From the IMG/VR virus record IMGVR_UViG_3300049988_000286, positions 192,001-256,000 of that record: a stretch of DNA of 64,000 bases; one strand, 5' to 3'. This DNA is from a virus (taxonomy: Duplodnaviria; Caudoviricetes). A program made the translations under genes and the position numbers. Positions 63,295 to 64,000 of the stretch are shown one piece after another. Each line of letters starts with the position of its first letter. The stretch's first letter is position 1. Below the pieces are notes generated by a model. The model ran no database searches. It was not told the DNA's origin and saw only the letters and a program-made list of their open reading frames with translations.

Positions 63295-63657
63295 TCACTT
63301 TCCCTTGAGGCACGCCTTAGCGTCTTTGTCGTTGTTCATCGCGTCATATACACAAAGATAGACATCAATGACATTATTAAGTTGATGGGCAACATCGTTG
63401 TACATGCGATCCGTGACAACCCCGGCGTTGGTCTGGCCCGCCACGGTGGGATCGGTGAGGGCAGGAAGCTGACCGGCCTTCTTCGCCAACGAGGCGGGGA
63501 GTTCGGGCACCTTCGGCGGCGGGGCTTTGCCGATCGTCTCACCATTGATGATGATTTCGCTCGGTGTCGAGATGTTGGTGGGTCGCGGCTTGTCGAGCAC
63601 GCTGGTCATGCAGCCCGAGAGCAGCAGGGCGGCGAGGACGATGATTGACTTCTTCAC
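63295..63657 (-). CDS. lipoprotein, putative o-spanin
   Basis: Signal peptide II with lipobox LSG-C; Pro-rich region; GGAG SD with GTG start; directly after a coiled-coil gene. Confidence 0.65.
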   Translation of the reverse strand: MKKSIIVLAALLLSGCMTSVLDKPRPTNISTPSEIIINGETIGKAPPPKVPELPASLAKKAGQLPALTDPTVAGQTNAGVVTDRMYNDVAHQLNNVIDVYLCVYDAMNNDKDAKACLKGK

Positions 63658-63661
63658 AGGT

Positions 63662-64000
63662 TCACTCCTTTGGTCCAAGAGCGCGGATGGCGTTGCGCTC
63701 GCTCAAAATCTGCGGAGTGAGGCTGCACTCCTCGGACTTCCACATCGGCACAGTATCCACGACTGTGGCGATCTTGTCCGCTTTCTTCTGCTCCACCTTG
63801 TCGCGCTTCTCCGCCTCCTTCACCTTGTCCTTGGCGAATTCGTCCACGCCCTCTTGTGACTTCTTCTCAATCGCGCGGTTCACGACATCACGCTTGCCGA
63901 TCTCCTGCCTGACCTTTGACAAGGTGGCATTGACGCCACGGTTGAACCCGCGCGCCTCGATCGCCCGCACGCCAGCGCGGACAGCCAAGAGGAGCATAAC
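63662..64000 (-). CDS. putative i-spanin (5' end outside the window)
   Basis: Hydrophobic stretch followed by a charged coiled coil and a C-terminal Cys; directly upstream of the lipoprotein gene. Confidence 0.5.
   Translation of the reverse strand, partial: VMLLLAVRAGVRAIEARGFNRGVNATLSKVRQEIGKRDVVNRAIEKKSQEGVDEFAKDKVKEAEKRDKVEQKKADKIATVVDTVPMWKSEECSLTPQILSERNAIRALGPKE

Noticed and set aside
1-64000. Stop-codon reassignment
   Set aside because: Very long intact ORFs occur under the standard code, and TAA, TAG and TGA all end recognisable genes.
1-64000. tRNA genes, rRNA, CRISPR arrays, inteins
   Set aside because: No cloverleaf or TTCGA arm with an acceptor stem, no spaced direct repeats, and no intein-sized insertions with C...HN junctions were seen by eye. 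A tRNAscan or Infernal run would be needed to exclude them fully.

Overview
64 kb segment of a GC-rich T4-related jumbo myophage. Gene content and order resemble RAK2/GAP32/Atu_ph07-type jumbo phages, and the sigma70-type promoters suggest an alphaproteobacterial host (inference). 1-26.7 kb is a morphogenesis block: baseplate wedge proteins including a 3284-aa giant, tail proteins, a Holliday junction resolvase, a gp26/gp51-like hub chaperone pair, a tape-measure-like protein, portal, core proteins, prohead protease, scaffold, major capsid protein and a Hef-like endonuclease. 27-64 kb mixes replication, nucleotide-metabolism and proteostasis genes with many small hypothetical ORFs: PhoH, TK, HAD nucleotidase, clamp loader, GroES-like, Pol III alpha fragment, RNase H-like, clamp-like, family B DNA polymerase, HhH glycosylase, ligase, two NTP-PPases, NTase, ClpA, ART, DnaJ and spanins. 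Main observations: (1) the family B polymerase is split into two genes about 3.3 kb apart, and the C-terminal gene is also interrupted inside motif B by a 250-nt group I intron; (2) a candidate -1 frameshift (U UUU UUC) joins the gp26-like and gp51-like ORFs; (3) several TAAATA late promoters lie only 4-5 nt from an ATG, implying leaderless mRNAs; (4) two promoter-terminator units look like sRNA genes; (5) candidate virion-packaged effectors include an R-S-E ADP-ribosyltransferase; (6) a dispersed family of about 9 small paralogs. No tRNA, rRNA or CRISPR array was seen. All functional calls come from visual motif recognition; no database searches were run.
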